Both the position numbers and the translations under genes were made by a program. The notes under the pieces were generated by a model, which ran no database searches, was not told the origin of the DNA, and worked only from the letters and a program-made list of their open reading frames with translations. This document shows positions 34,747-43,949 of a DNA stretch of 64,000 nucleotides, piece by piece. This DNA is from Lachnospiraceae bacterium UBA1755. GTDB taxonomy: Bacteria > Bacillota > Clostridia > Lachnospirales > Lachnospiraceae. The stretch's first letter is position 1; every line of letters starts with the position of its first letter. The DNA is taken from positions 31,957 to 95,956 of the forward strand of contig DCHJ01000038.1 of the NCBI GenBank assembly GCA_002314805.1. The letters are read 5' to 3'.

Positions 34747-37635
34747 TTAATCACCGCCGATTGTTACATCATATGTGCTTAATGCTCCGCCGTTGACAGC
34801 ATCTTCCTTAGAGACATATCCGAAATAATACTTGTAAGCATTTCTTGCAATAGCGGCTGCATTGGATGATGAATAACCGTATGGAATATTGACTGTAACC
34901 GCGATCTGCGGACTGTCATATGGAGCAAAGGATACAAAGAATGCATGATTTGCCCTGGATTTACTCTCCTGAGCAGTACCGGTCTTACCGGCGACCTCAA
35001 ACTCAAGATCCGAGAAGATATTCTTTGCCGAGCCCTCGGAAATAACCTTTCTCATACCCTGCTGTACCAGATCCCAGGTGGACTGCTTGAAATCAAGTCT
35101 GGCACTGAGAGACGGAGAATAGTCTTTGATAAGGCTGCCTTTACTGTCTGTCAGCTTATCAAGCACACTTAACTCAAATACATTTCCTCTGTTGGCTACG
35201 GCAGAAACATATCTTGCCAGCTGCACATTGGTATATGAGTGAGTACCCTGACCCATGGCAGACTGTTCAGGCGCCATCGTAGAGATATTCGGCTCGGATT
35301 CTGTGATCTCTACCCCGGATTTATGATCAAGCCCGAAATAAGTAGCATATTTTGCAATGATATTCATCGCGGACTCGGTGTCATAGCTTCCGTCGTCCTG
35401 GATGGCCATCCTGTGTCCCATCTCATTAAAGAAATAGTTACATGAATTCTCAATACCTCCGACTACATTAAGCTCTCCGTGATGACCCGGATGAATCCAG
35501 CATTTGATATTAGGTGTTACATCAGTGTAGATACCTGTACATTCAACGACCTCTTCCGGGGTAATAAGACCTTCCTCAAGAGCGGCAACTGCAGTGATCG
35601 GTTTAAATGTGGAACCGGGTGCCTTCTTTGCCTGGGTAGCATTATTGTACAGCGGCAGGGACTGGTCTGAAAGCAGACTGTTGTAATAGTCAACATCCAT
35701 GCTTCCGCTCAGCTTGTTATTATCGTAGCCCGGGTATGATACAAGTGCCCTGATCTCACCGGTATTGACGTCGGTAACCACGCAGCCTGCCGTACACGGA
35801 TCAAGTGCCAGCTGAGCCGGTGTCAGTTCAATACTATTGATTTTTGAGATAAGGAACTCATATGCATAATCATTATCATTTACAGCAAGGGCGTTGTACT
35901 GGGTCCTTACATCGTCGTCCTCCAGCACTCCCTGGTCATACAGACACATGCAGAGTTCCCGTCCGGTAACAGTATCGTCCTTTATCAGATACTTATAATT
36001 AAGCTTCGCAAAATCCTTATCATTGGACAGCATCTGCTCAATATAATCTACCAGTGCCAGGAAAATATCATCTGCCGCGGAATACTTGGTCTTTACATCA
36101 AGCACAGAAGAATCAAGCCAGTTATCAGCTACACCGGAATACAGGAAATCCTTCATACTGATCGTATCATTCTTCCATGCGATATAATAATCCTTATTCT
36201 GATCCATGGCACTGCTCACAATGATCTCATCGGCAGACAGTTTATTGTAGATATATACCATGTACTGGTTCATATCCTCATCAAGCTCATTAAGAGGCGT
36301 TGGATCATCTCCCTCAAGCTCTTCTGTTATTTCTTCCATTACCTTGTCCCGGTATGCCTCATACTTTCTGTTGATCTCTTTCTCAGTGTCTGAAGCATCT
36401 TCGGCAGCAAAATGTGTAAGATCAAGCACATTATTGCTGATCAGCTGATAGTATGCATTCTTTACCGGGATAAGGAGACTGGAAGCATCCGTAACTTCGG
36501 TATTTGGGTCATCCTCATTTACGATCTTGGATGTAAGGATGCCGGCAAGCTGTCTCTCGACGAGATGGTAAAGACCGATCTGCAGATCGCGGTCAATAGT
36601 CAGATATACATCCTCTCCGGCAACAGGCTCCTGTTCACTGATGATATCAAGCACATGTCCTACGTTGTCCACGTACATCCTGGTCTCGCCCTTCTGTCCG
36701 TGCAGCTCATACTCAAAATACTGCTCTATTCCTATTCGTCCGACAGTATCATTAAGGGTGTAATTTTTATCTGCCGCTCTGAGAGTATCGATCTGATCCT
36801 CCTGAACCTTGCCGGTATAACCTATAATTGACGAGAAATATATGGAATCGTTATATACACGTCTGGTGGATTCTGCAATATCAACACCGTTGAGATTGGC
36901 AGCTTCTTCAAGTACCGCGATCTTGGTGTCATCACTTACAGAAGCTGCCACAGTTGTAGCCTCATATTTCTTATATGCCGTAAGGGACATCGTATACCGG
37001 ATATTTACAAGCTGGAGTCTTTCAAGAGGTGAAAGTAATACCGGTTCCTCATTCTCATCAACAAGCTCATTGATCTTGAAGCGCTCAGCCTCAAGATTCA
37101 CAAGCTCCAGCGCCGTGATATGTGACGGATACTGTCCTTTCGGATCATCCAGTTCGGAGATTTTGCTGAGTCCGTAGACATCCCTCAGGAATCCTTTTTT
37201 GCTCAATGAGCTTGTGGTCGTAAATTCGTATTCTCCGGAGCTGTTGAGTCTGACCTTAAACTCTCCCCTGACTGTCTCCCCGTTGCTGTTAAGAATAGAG
37301 ATAAGACGCAGCAGCATCAGATTTTTCTCATTTGCTGTCCTGTATGCTCCGGTATCTGTTACAGTAACATCATTGCATATCTCATTGTATGCGAGCAGAT
37401 TGCCGTTTACATCGTATATCCTGCCCCTTGCTGCCGCTTTTGTGGCAGTCTTCTCTGTCATCTCCAGATAATCCCTCTGGTACTCATCGCCATGCACGAT
37501 CTGAAGGTTATAGAGATGTACAATAAGCACAGCAAGCAGTGCTGTACAGCATATGCCCAGTATCAGAGTCCTGGCTTCTATTAACTTGTCCCATAGCTCT
37601 TTTAATAAATCAAAGAAATCACTGAGCAAGCTCAT
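34747..37635 (-). CDS. Class B penicillin-binding protein 2 (elongation transpeptidase), unusually long at 962 aa
   Basis: N-terminal TM segment. Transpeptidase motifs STFKP, SCN(YFF), KTGTA. The pedestal region is much longer than in typical PBP2 proteins of about 650 aa. Confidence 0.85.
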   Translation of the reverse strand: MSLLSDFFDLLKELWDKLIEARTLILGICCTALLAVLIVHLYNLQIVHGDEYQRDYLEMTEKTATKAAARGRIYDVNGNLLAYNEICNDVTVTDTGAYRTANEKNLMLLRLISILNSNGETVRGEFKVRLNSSGEYEFTTTSSLSKKGFLRDVYGLSKISELDDPKGQYPSHITALELVNLEAERFKINELVDENEEPVLLSPLERLQLVNIRYTMSLTAYKKYEATTVAASVSDDTKIAVLEEAANLNGVDIAESTRRVYNDSIYFSSIIGYTGKVQEDQIDTLRAADKNYTLNDTVGRIGIEQYFEYELHGQKGETRMYVDNVGHVLDIISEQEPVAGEDVYLTIDRDLQIGLYHLVERQLAGILTSKIVNEDDPNTEVTDASSLLIPVKNAYYQLISNNVLDLTHFAAEDASDTEKEINRKYEAYRDKVMEEITEELEGDDPTPLNELDEDMNQYMVYIYNKLSADEIIVSSAMDQNKDYYIAWKNDTISMKDFLYSGVADNWLDSSVLDVKTKYSAADDIFLALVDYIEQMLSNDKDFAKLNYKYLIKDDTVTGRELCMCLYDQGVLEDDDVRTQYNALAVNDNDYAYEFLISKINSIELTPAQLALDPCTAGCVVTDVNTGEIRALVSYPGYDNNKLSGSMDVDYYNSLLSDQSLPLYNNATQAKKAPGSTFKPITAVAALEEGLITPEEVVECTGIYTDVTPNIKCWIHPGHHGELNVVGGIENSCNYFFNEMGHRMAIQDDGSYDTESAMNIIAKYATYFGLDHKSGVEITESEPNISTMAPEQSAMGQGTHSYTNVQLARYVSAVANRGNVFELSVLDKLTDSKGSLIKDYSPSLSARLDFKQSTWDLVQQGMRKVISEGSAKNIFSDLEFEVAGKTGTAQESKSRANHAFFVSFAPYDSPQIAVTVNIPYGYSSSNAAAIARNAYKYYFGYVSKEDAVNGGALSTYDVTIGGD

Positions 37636-38143
37636 TACCTCTCTTGTCGTCGTCTGCCTTCCTGATCCGCCTGTTGAGTGCCAGCACCGGTCTGTAAAGT
37701 ATCAGTGTGAACAGTACTGTCAGCATCAGTTCAGGCATCATGATCTTCCCGAAGTAATACCCGAATTCTGCTGTACCACGCAGGATATACCTCATGACAA
37801 ACAGCAGCAGGCTGTATATCACCTCATTAAGTGTACACATGATCACCGGAAGGAACACATAGTCATCGTAATAGTGACGGCTTAAGAAACCGTTTAAAAA
37901 GCCAAGCCAGCCGAATATTATGATGAAATATCCAAAGGGTCCGCTGTAAAACATATCCATCAGCAGTCCTGCCAGTACGCCATAGCATACTCCTTCCACT
38001 TCACCGTACACAAAGGCAATGGAGAACACAAGGATCACCAGCAGATTGGGCGTAGCCACCATAAAACGGACAAACGGAAATATACTCGTCTGAAGGACGA
38101 ATGCCAGTATGATCATTAAGCTGTTGCATATTGCTCTTCTCAT
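37619..38143 (-). CDS. mreD: Rod shape-determining protein MreD
   Basis: 174 aa, 5 hydrophobic segments, immediately downstream of mreC with overlapping stop and start. Confidence 0.8.
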   Translation of the reverse strand: MRRAICNSLMIILAFVLQTSIFPFVRFMVATPNLLVILVFSIAFVYGEVEGVCYGVLAGLLMDMFYSGPFGYFIIIFGWLGFLNGFLSRHYYDDYVFLPVIMCTLNEVIYSLLLFVMRYILRGTAEFGYYFGKIMMPELMLTVLFTLILYRPVLALNRRIRKADDDKRGNELAQ

Positions 38144-38967
38144 TGCTGTTTCAGCGTGGTAATTACAAGAACCTCCTGAAGATTTTCAAAATCCGCCACA
38201 GGGATAAGATATCCGCTCTTAGTCAGATTATTGGAGTCCATGGTTATGTCTATTGCATATCCTATCAGCAGTCCCGGGAGGAACTTGGAGCTGACATTGG
38301 ATGTGACTATCTTATCGCCTTCCGATATCTCAGCATCTGCTCTGATATCCTGAAGCAGAAGCCGTCCGGTCTGGAAGGTTTCAAGATTTCCGACAACTAT
38401 ACAGCTGTCATTGGAAAGCACTGACATGGCACTGATACGGCTGGAATCATCAATGATACTGCGTACCTTGGAATAATTGGGACCAACTTCACTTATGATC
38501 CCTATGAGACCGCCGTCCGCGATAACATTCATGTCTGCCGCAAGTCCGTCCTCCGAGCCTTTATCGATCTTGAATTCGTTGAACCATCCTACAGAATCCT
38601 TGGCTATTACTCTTGCCCCGACCTTATCATATTTTCCGTATTCCTTGTCCAGCTTATAAAGCTCCCTGAGTCTGTCCAGCTCCAGGTCGGCAAGTTCAAG
38701 TCTGGTATTCTCACTGATGAGGTCATCTATGGTCGCTTCCAGCTTCCTGTTCTCATCCAGTACTTCCTCGTAGGTACGTCTCTCGCTGACCGCATTGTAG
38801 ACTGACTGTCCCAGTCCGCTGACCAGTGACTGAAGAGGAGTAAGCACGGTACTGACTCTGGTCTTAATCGGGATCACCGCATCGGAATTAAGCGTTGTGG
38901 CAATGATCATAATAGCACACGCAACCGTAAGCACCAGTAATATGATAAAGTTGTTTTTCTTTTTCAT
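38140..38967 (-). CDS. mreC: Rod shape-determining protein MreC
   Basis: TM segment, coiled coil (ENRKLEATIDDLISENTRLE), and beta-barrel domains with GDKIVTS..FLPGLLIGY. Confidence 0.9.
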   Translation of the reverse strand: MKKKNNFIILLVLTVACAIMIIATTLNSDAVIPIKTRVSTVLTPLQSLVSGLGQSVYNAVSERRTYEEVLDENRKLEATIDDLISENTRLELADLELDRLRELYKLDKEYGKYDKVGARVIAKDSVGWFNEFKIDKGSEDGLAADMNVIADGGLIGIISEVGPNYSKVRSIIDDSSRISAMSVLSNDSCIVVGNLETFQTGRLLLQDIRADAEISEGDKIVTSNVSSKFLPGLLIGYAIDITMDSNNLTKSGYLIPVADFENLQEVLVITTLKQQ

Positions 38968-38969
38968 AG

Positions 38970-39674
38970 TCAGTCCAGAAATCCTCTTTCTCTAAAGCTG
39001 TAATAGGAATGCTCCCCGATGATTATATGATCCAGCAGTCTGATACCGATAGCCTTGCAGCCCTCCTGTACAAGCTTCGTTACATTATGGTCGGCATCGC
39101 TGGGCAGCTCGCTGCCATATGGATGATTGTGAAGCATAAGTATGCATTCGGCATGACACTTAAGTGCGCTTTCAAGTATATCGCGCACAGAAACCAGCGA
39201 CATATCGCTTGTCCCCCGGGTCATAACGCAGTCAGTTATCAGGCGGTACCGGTTGTCAAGATATGCTATCTTCACTTCCTCCTTTTCAAGATGCCTGAGC
39301 TCCTGCGTATAGTATGATGCGCAGATCTCCGTATTTGAAAATTCCGTCCTGCCGTTGCTGATACTGCTCTTCCATATCCTGTCGACCAGTTCCTTAAGAG
39401 CAAGTATCTGCACTGCCTTGACCTGCCCTATTCCTTTTATTCCGGTAAGTTCATCCATTGAATAGTGCAGGATACTGCTCAGTCCCTGTCTCGCTCTGGG
39501 ACCGTTGAGCAGCTCCCTGCTCAATGTAAGGACATCCTTTTCTCTTGTACCCGTCCTGAGCAGTATTGCCAGCAGCTCGGCATCAGTCAGTACCGCAGTG
39601 CCGTATTTCACGCACTTTTCATAGGGGCGGTCCTCCTCACACCGATCCTTCATCTTTACATAAATATTTTCCAT
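38970..39674 (-). CDS. radC: RadC-family JAB/MPN-domain protein
   Basis: LTDAELLAILLRTGT.., HhH IKGIGQVKAVQI, JAMM-like HNHPYGSELPSDAD. Start at MENIYVKM. Confidence 0.85.
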   Translation of the reverse strand: MENIYVKMKDRCEEDRPYEKCVKYGTAVLTDAELLAILLRTGTREKDVLTLSRELLNGPRARQGLSSILHYSMDELTGIKGIGQVKAVQILALKELVDRIWKSSISNGRTEFSNTEICASYYTQELRHLEKEEVKIAYLDNRYRLITDCVMTRGTSDMSLVSVRDILESALKCHAECILMLHNHPYGSELPSDADHNVTKLVQEGCKAIGIRLLDHIIIGEHSYYSFRERGFLD

Positions 39675-39859
39675 TGCTGTCCTTTCCGACTCTCCAAGTG
39701 CGTCACGGACAACCTTAATATTATACCATAAAATATATATTATTTTAAGGAAGCGCTGATTCAAAGGAAATTATCGCGATGCTTTTAAGCGAAACCCTTG
39801 ATTCTAAAACATCTGTGAAGATTAAAAAAGAAATATATATTAAATCAGCATTTCCTTAC

Positions 39860-41131
39860 TCAGATACCGCTGTCGATAACTTTCTGCAGTGCTGTCAGGA
39901 TTCCGATCCTGGCATGATACCAGGTAAGACCGCCCTGAAAATAAACTGTATAAGGCTCTCGCATGGGACCGTCGGCACTCAGCTCGATCGAAGCGCCTGA
40001 TATAAAATTCCCGGCAGCCATGATCACCTGAGAATCATATCCGGGCATATCAGACGGTACCGGTTTTACAAATGCATCAACCGGTGCTGCAGACTGAATA
40101 CCCTCGCAGAATGCTCTGAGACCTTCCGGTTTTCCGAAGGTGACAGCCTGGATTATATCGTGTCTCTCCTCCTGATACTTCGGTGATACTGCAAAGCCCT
40201 GCTTTTCAAACAGATATGCGGCAAAGATGGCTCCCTTTTCGGCACCGGCAACGACCTGAGGCGCAAGAAAAAGTCCCTGGAAGAGATCCTTGTTCACCCC
40301 AAGATTGGCTCCTATCTCTTTCCCGAGTCCGGGAGCGGTGAGCCTGTAAGCACATTTTTCCACCATTTTGGCATCACCGGCTATATATCCTCCGATAGGA
40401 GCAAGCCCCCCGCCCGGATTTTTGATAAGTGAGCCTACGATAATGTCTGCCCCGACCTCAAGAGGCTCCCGGTCCTCCACAAATTCACCGTAACAGTTAT
40501 CCACCATCACTTTCACATCGGGACGCACGGACCTGATAAATGCAATCAGTTCACCGATCTTATCCACAGAGAACGTGGGACGCAGATCATACCCCCGGGA
40601 TCTCTGGATCTCAACAAGCCTGGTCCTGTCATTGAGTGCTGCCCTGATACCCTCATAGTCAAAGCTGTAATCCTCCTTAAGATCCACCTGACGGTAGGTG
40701 ATACCATATTCCTTAAGACTTCCTGCCGCATCGTTGAGTCCTATGATGCTGTCCAGAGTATCATAGGGCTTGCCGCAGGGTGAGAGCAGCTCATCACCGG
40801 GCCTGAGATTGGCAAAAAGTGCTGTTGAGATCGCATGTGTCCCGCTTATCAGCTGCGCCCTTACCAGTGCATCCGCCCCCTTAAATACCGAAGCATAGAC
40901 ACGTTCAAGATTATCCCTGCCGCCGTCATCATATCCATATCCCGTTGTCCGTACAAAATCAGCCTCACTCACCCGGTTGTCCTTAAGGGCCTTAAGCACC
41001 TTAAGCTGGTTATACTCTGCCATCCTGTCTATGCTGTCAAAGCGTTCCCTCAGAGCTGCTTCAGCCTCTCTGCCCAGCTCTGCGACCCCGCTGCTTATCC
41101 CAAAAGCTCTGTACATTTCTTCAATATGCAT
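39860..41131 (-). CDS. PLP-dependent 'aluminium resistance' / YnbB-like Cys/Met-metabolism family protein
   Basis: 423 aa, ..LISGTHAIS..DNCYGEF..GSLIKNPGGGLAP.., downstream of miaA as in Bacillus ynbB. Confidence 0.7.
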   Translation of the reverse strand: MHIEEMYRAFGISSGVAELGREAEAALRERFDSIDRMAEYNQLKVLKALKDNRVSEADFVRTTGYGYDDGGRDNLERVYASVFKGADALVRAQLISGTHAISTALFANLRPGDELLSPCGKPYDTLDSIIGLNDAAGSLKEYGITYRQVDLKEDYSFDYEGIRAALNDRTRLVEIQRSRGYDLRPTFSVDKIGELIAFIRSVRPDVKVMVDNCYGEFVEDREPLEVGADIIVGSLIKNPGGGLAPIGGYIAGDAKMVEKCAYRLTAPGLGKEIGANLGVNKDLFQGLFLAPQVVAGAEKGAIFAAYLFEKQGFAVSPKYQEERHDIIQAVTFGKPEGLRAFCEGIQSAAPVDAFVKPVPSDMPGYDSQVIMAAGNFISGASIELSADGPMREPYTVYFQGGLTWYHARIGILTALQKVIDSGI

Positions 41132-42024
41132 CTGTAATCTTCCTCACTCACCGGACTGTCTATCCAGGTGACATTTTTTTCTCTGTTGAGCCATGTATAC
41201 TGCTTCTTCTCATAATGATGGGAATTGTTTTTGATATCGTAAACGGCCTGTTCAAGATCCGTGCAGTTATACAGTTCCTTGTATCCTATCCCCTGCATCG
41301 ATATGCAGCTTTCATCACAGCCGATACTCTTCAGATACTCTACCTCCTGTACCAGACCGTTCTCTATCATCCGGTCCACTCTCAGGTCGATCAGCCGGTT
41401 CAGTTCCTCCCGGTCTTTTCTGAGAGCAAAATAGCAGTACCGGTAAGGCGGTTCCTTTTCCTTTTCACGGCGGTTATGCTCTGAGATCGTATATCCGTTC
41501 TGTTCAAAAAACTCAATTGCGCGGATCACACGTTTGGTATTATTCATATGGATAGCTGCCGCTGACTGCGGATCTATCTCCTCAAGCCGCCTGTGCAGCG
41601 CATAGGCCCCACTCTCATCCAGCTCTCTCAAAAGTCTCCGGCGGATCGAGTCATCAGGTCCTTTGATATCAAACTCCGAGTCATACAGCAGCGCATGGAT
41701 ATAAAAGCATGTGCCGCCCACGATAACGGGGATCCTTCCTCTTGATACAATATCCTCAAGCTTATCCCTGGCAGCCGCTTTATAGTCCGCTATGGAATAA
41801 TTGACCGTGGGTTCGCATACATCGATCATATGATGCGGTATCCCTTGCATCTCTTCCGCAGTGACCTTGGCAGTGCCGATATCCATGTGCTTATAGACCT
41901 GCATTGAATCGGCACTGATTATCTCTCCTCCGATATCACAGGCAAGCCTGACTCCAAGAGCAGACTTTCCGGATGCTGTCGGGCCCGATATGATTATTAT
42001 TCTTTTTGCTTTCTCTGAGATCAT
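41095..42024 (-). CDS. miaA: tRNA dimethylallyltransferase
   Basis: IIIISGPTASGKSALG P-loop, ..SADSMQVYKHMDIGTAK.., ..GGTCFYI... Confidence 0.9.
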   Translation of the reverse strand: MISEKAKRIIIISGPTASGKSALGVRLACDIGGEIISADSMQVYKHMDIGTAKVTAEEMQGIPHHMIDVCEPTVNYSIADYKAAARDKLEDIVSRGRIPVIVGGTCFYIHALLYDSEFDIKGPDDSIRRRLLRELDESGAYALHRRLEEIDPQSAAAIHMNNTKRVIRAIEFFEQNGYTISEHNRREKEKEPPYRYCYFALRKDREELNRLIDLRVDRMIENGLVQEVEYLKSIGCDESCISMQGIGYKELYNCTDLEQAVYDIKNNSHHYEKKQYTWLNREKNVTWIDSPVSEEDYRCILKKCTELLG

Positions 42025-43949
42025 ACGATGCGCTTGAATTTCTTCTCCAGATCAGATCTTGAAAACTCTATCATTGTAGGTCTGCCATGCGGGCAGCAAT
42101 ACGGATTATCACATTTAAGGAGTTCTCTGATCAGCATCCCGGCTTCACTTACGGTAATAGTCTGTCCTCCTTTGATTGCGGATTTGCATGCCATAGATGC
42201 TGTCTTTTCAAGTATACAGAGTGCCTTGTGCGCCGCATCACAGGAACCGATATTGCCGGATATCTCAGCAACCATTTCATGCAGGAGTTCTGCCTTGCTG
42301 ACTGACGGCAGTTCTCCCGGGACAGCCCTGACGGCATACTCATTGCCGCCGAAATGCTCGATCTCAAAGCCTGCGGATGCAAAGGCATCATACTCCTGTT
42401 CTACCGTTTCAGCTTCCACATCGGACAATGTCACAATTATCGGCGGGTCTATCATCTGGGATGTGACACGGCTCTCTTTCTGCTGCTTGACAAGTCTCTC
42501 ATAATACACCTTCTCATGTGCAGCATGCTGATCCACTATGTACATCTTCTGCTTATATTCAATGATCCAGTATGTGGCAAAAACCTGTCCCGCAAGACGG
42601 TATTCAGGTTCACTGCTCATAGTGATATCACTGCGTTCAAATGAAAGCTGCTCTGACTTGGATTCATCAGCCGGAACAAATACAGCCTGTCCCGAAGACC
42701 TTGTCTCAAAGGGCTCACCCGGTCTTGCCACATGGGATGTATTCTGACGTGATGAGACAGGCAGCGGCATCATATTATCCATACCTGCGCAGGCATCTGA
42801 TCCCGTACCTGATTTACCGTGATGCACAGCCGCCGGCGTCCCTGTATCCGCACAGGATCCAGCTTCCCCGGTCCCTGCGGACTCTGCCGTGTCAGCTGCC
42901 GGGCCTCTTCCGGTGCCGGCTCTGTTCCCTGATGCTTTATCCTCCAGTCCGGCATGCGGGATGAGAACTGATTCGTGAAGGACATTTTTAAGGCATCTGT
43001 TGATAAGATCATAGATCTCGTATGGTCTGGAGAACCTGACTTCCATCTTAGTCGGATGCACATTGACATCTATGGAAGCCGGATCGATCTCAATAATGAG
43101 CACTGCAAACGGAAACTGGTGCTGCATCATCCTTTCTTCATAGGCATCCTCAATGGCTTTTGATATGATCGAGGATCTGATATATCTGCCGTTTACGAAA
43201 TAGTTCTCAAAATTCCTGTTAGGTCTTGAAACCTCAGGCTTTCCGATAAGACCCTTTACAGAAAAGACTGCATCCGAATACTCTACAGGTATAAGCGAAG
43301 CAGTAATATCGCGTCCGTATATCTGATACACGATATCCTCAAGCTTTCCGTTGCCTGATGTATAGAGCTTTGTCAGACCGTTATTGATAAATCTGAAGCT
43401 CCTGTCCGGATGTGACAGAGCAAGCTTTTCGATCAGTTCGGCAATATGAGCTGCCTCCGTAGCTGCAGTCTTGAGAAACTTCTTCCTCGCAGGTACATTG
43501 TAAAACAGATCCCTTACTATAATCGTTGTGCCATCGGGAGCACCTATCTCCTCATATGAGATCTCACACCCGCCTTCGATGATATATCTGACTGCAGTGA
43601 TGCTTTCACTGGTTTTTGTGATAAGCTCGGTCCTGGCCACAGCGGCTATGCTTGAAAGAGCCTCCCCTCTGAAGCCCAGAGAATGTATCGTCAGCAGATC
43701 CCCGGCATCCGTAATTTTCCCGGTAGCATGACGCAGAAAGGCCGTACGGATTTCTCCGCTCTCTATACCGCTTCCGTTATCCGTCACACGTATAAGGTCC
43801 GCACCGCCGTTTTTGATCTCCACGGTAACTGCAGATGCTCCTGCATCCACGGAGTTTTCAACAAGCTCCTTAACTACCGAAGAAGGTCTCTCAATAACCT
43901 CTCCGGCTGCGATCTTATCAATTGTTTCCTTACTCAGTACCCGTATCAT
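42021..43949 (-). CDS. mutL: DNA mismatch repair protein MutL
   Basis: IAAGEVIERPSSVVKELVENSVDAG, DNGSGI, GFRGEAL. C-terminal CPHGRP endonuclease-associated motif. Confidence 0.95.
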   Translation of the reverse strand: MIRVLSKETIDKIAAGEVIERPSSVVKELVENSVDAGASAVTVEIKNGGADLIRVTDNGSGIESGEIRTAFLRHATGKITDAGDLLTIHSLGFRGEALSSIAAVARTELITKTSESITAVRYIIEGGCEISYEEIGAPDGTTIIVRDLFYNVPARKKFLKTAATEAAHIAELIEKLALSHPDRSFRFINNGLTKLYTSGNGKLEDIVYQIYGRDITASLIPVEYSDAVFSVKGLIGKPEVSRPNRNFENYFVNGRYIRSSIISKAIEDAYEERMMQHQFPFAVLIIEIDPASIDVNVHPTKMEVRFSRPYEIYDLINRCLKNVLHESVLIPHAGLEDKASGNRAGTGRGPAADTAESAGTGEAGSCADTGTPAAVHHGKSGTGSDACAGMDNMMPLPVSSRQNTSHVARPGEPFETRSSGQAVFVPADESKSEQLSFERSDITMSSEPEYRLAGQVFATYWIIEYKQKMYIVDQHAAHEKVYYERLVKQQKESRVTSQMIDPPIIVTLSDVEAETVEQEYDAFASAGFEIEHFGGNEYAVRAVPGELPSVSKAELLHEMVAEISGNIGSCDAAHKALCILEKTASMACKSAIKGGQTITVSEAGMLIRELLKCDNPYCCPHGRPTMIEFSRSDLEKKFKRIV

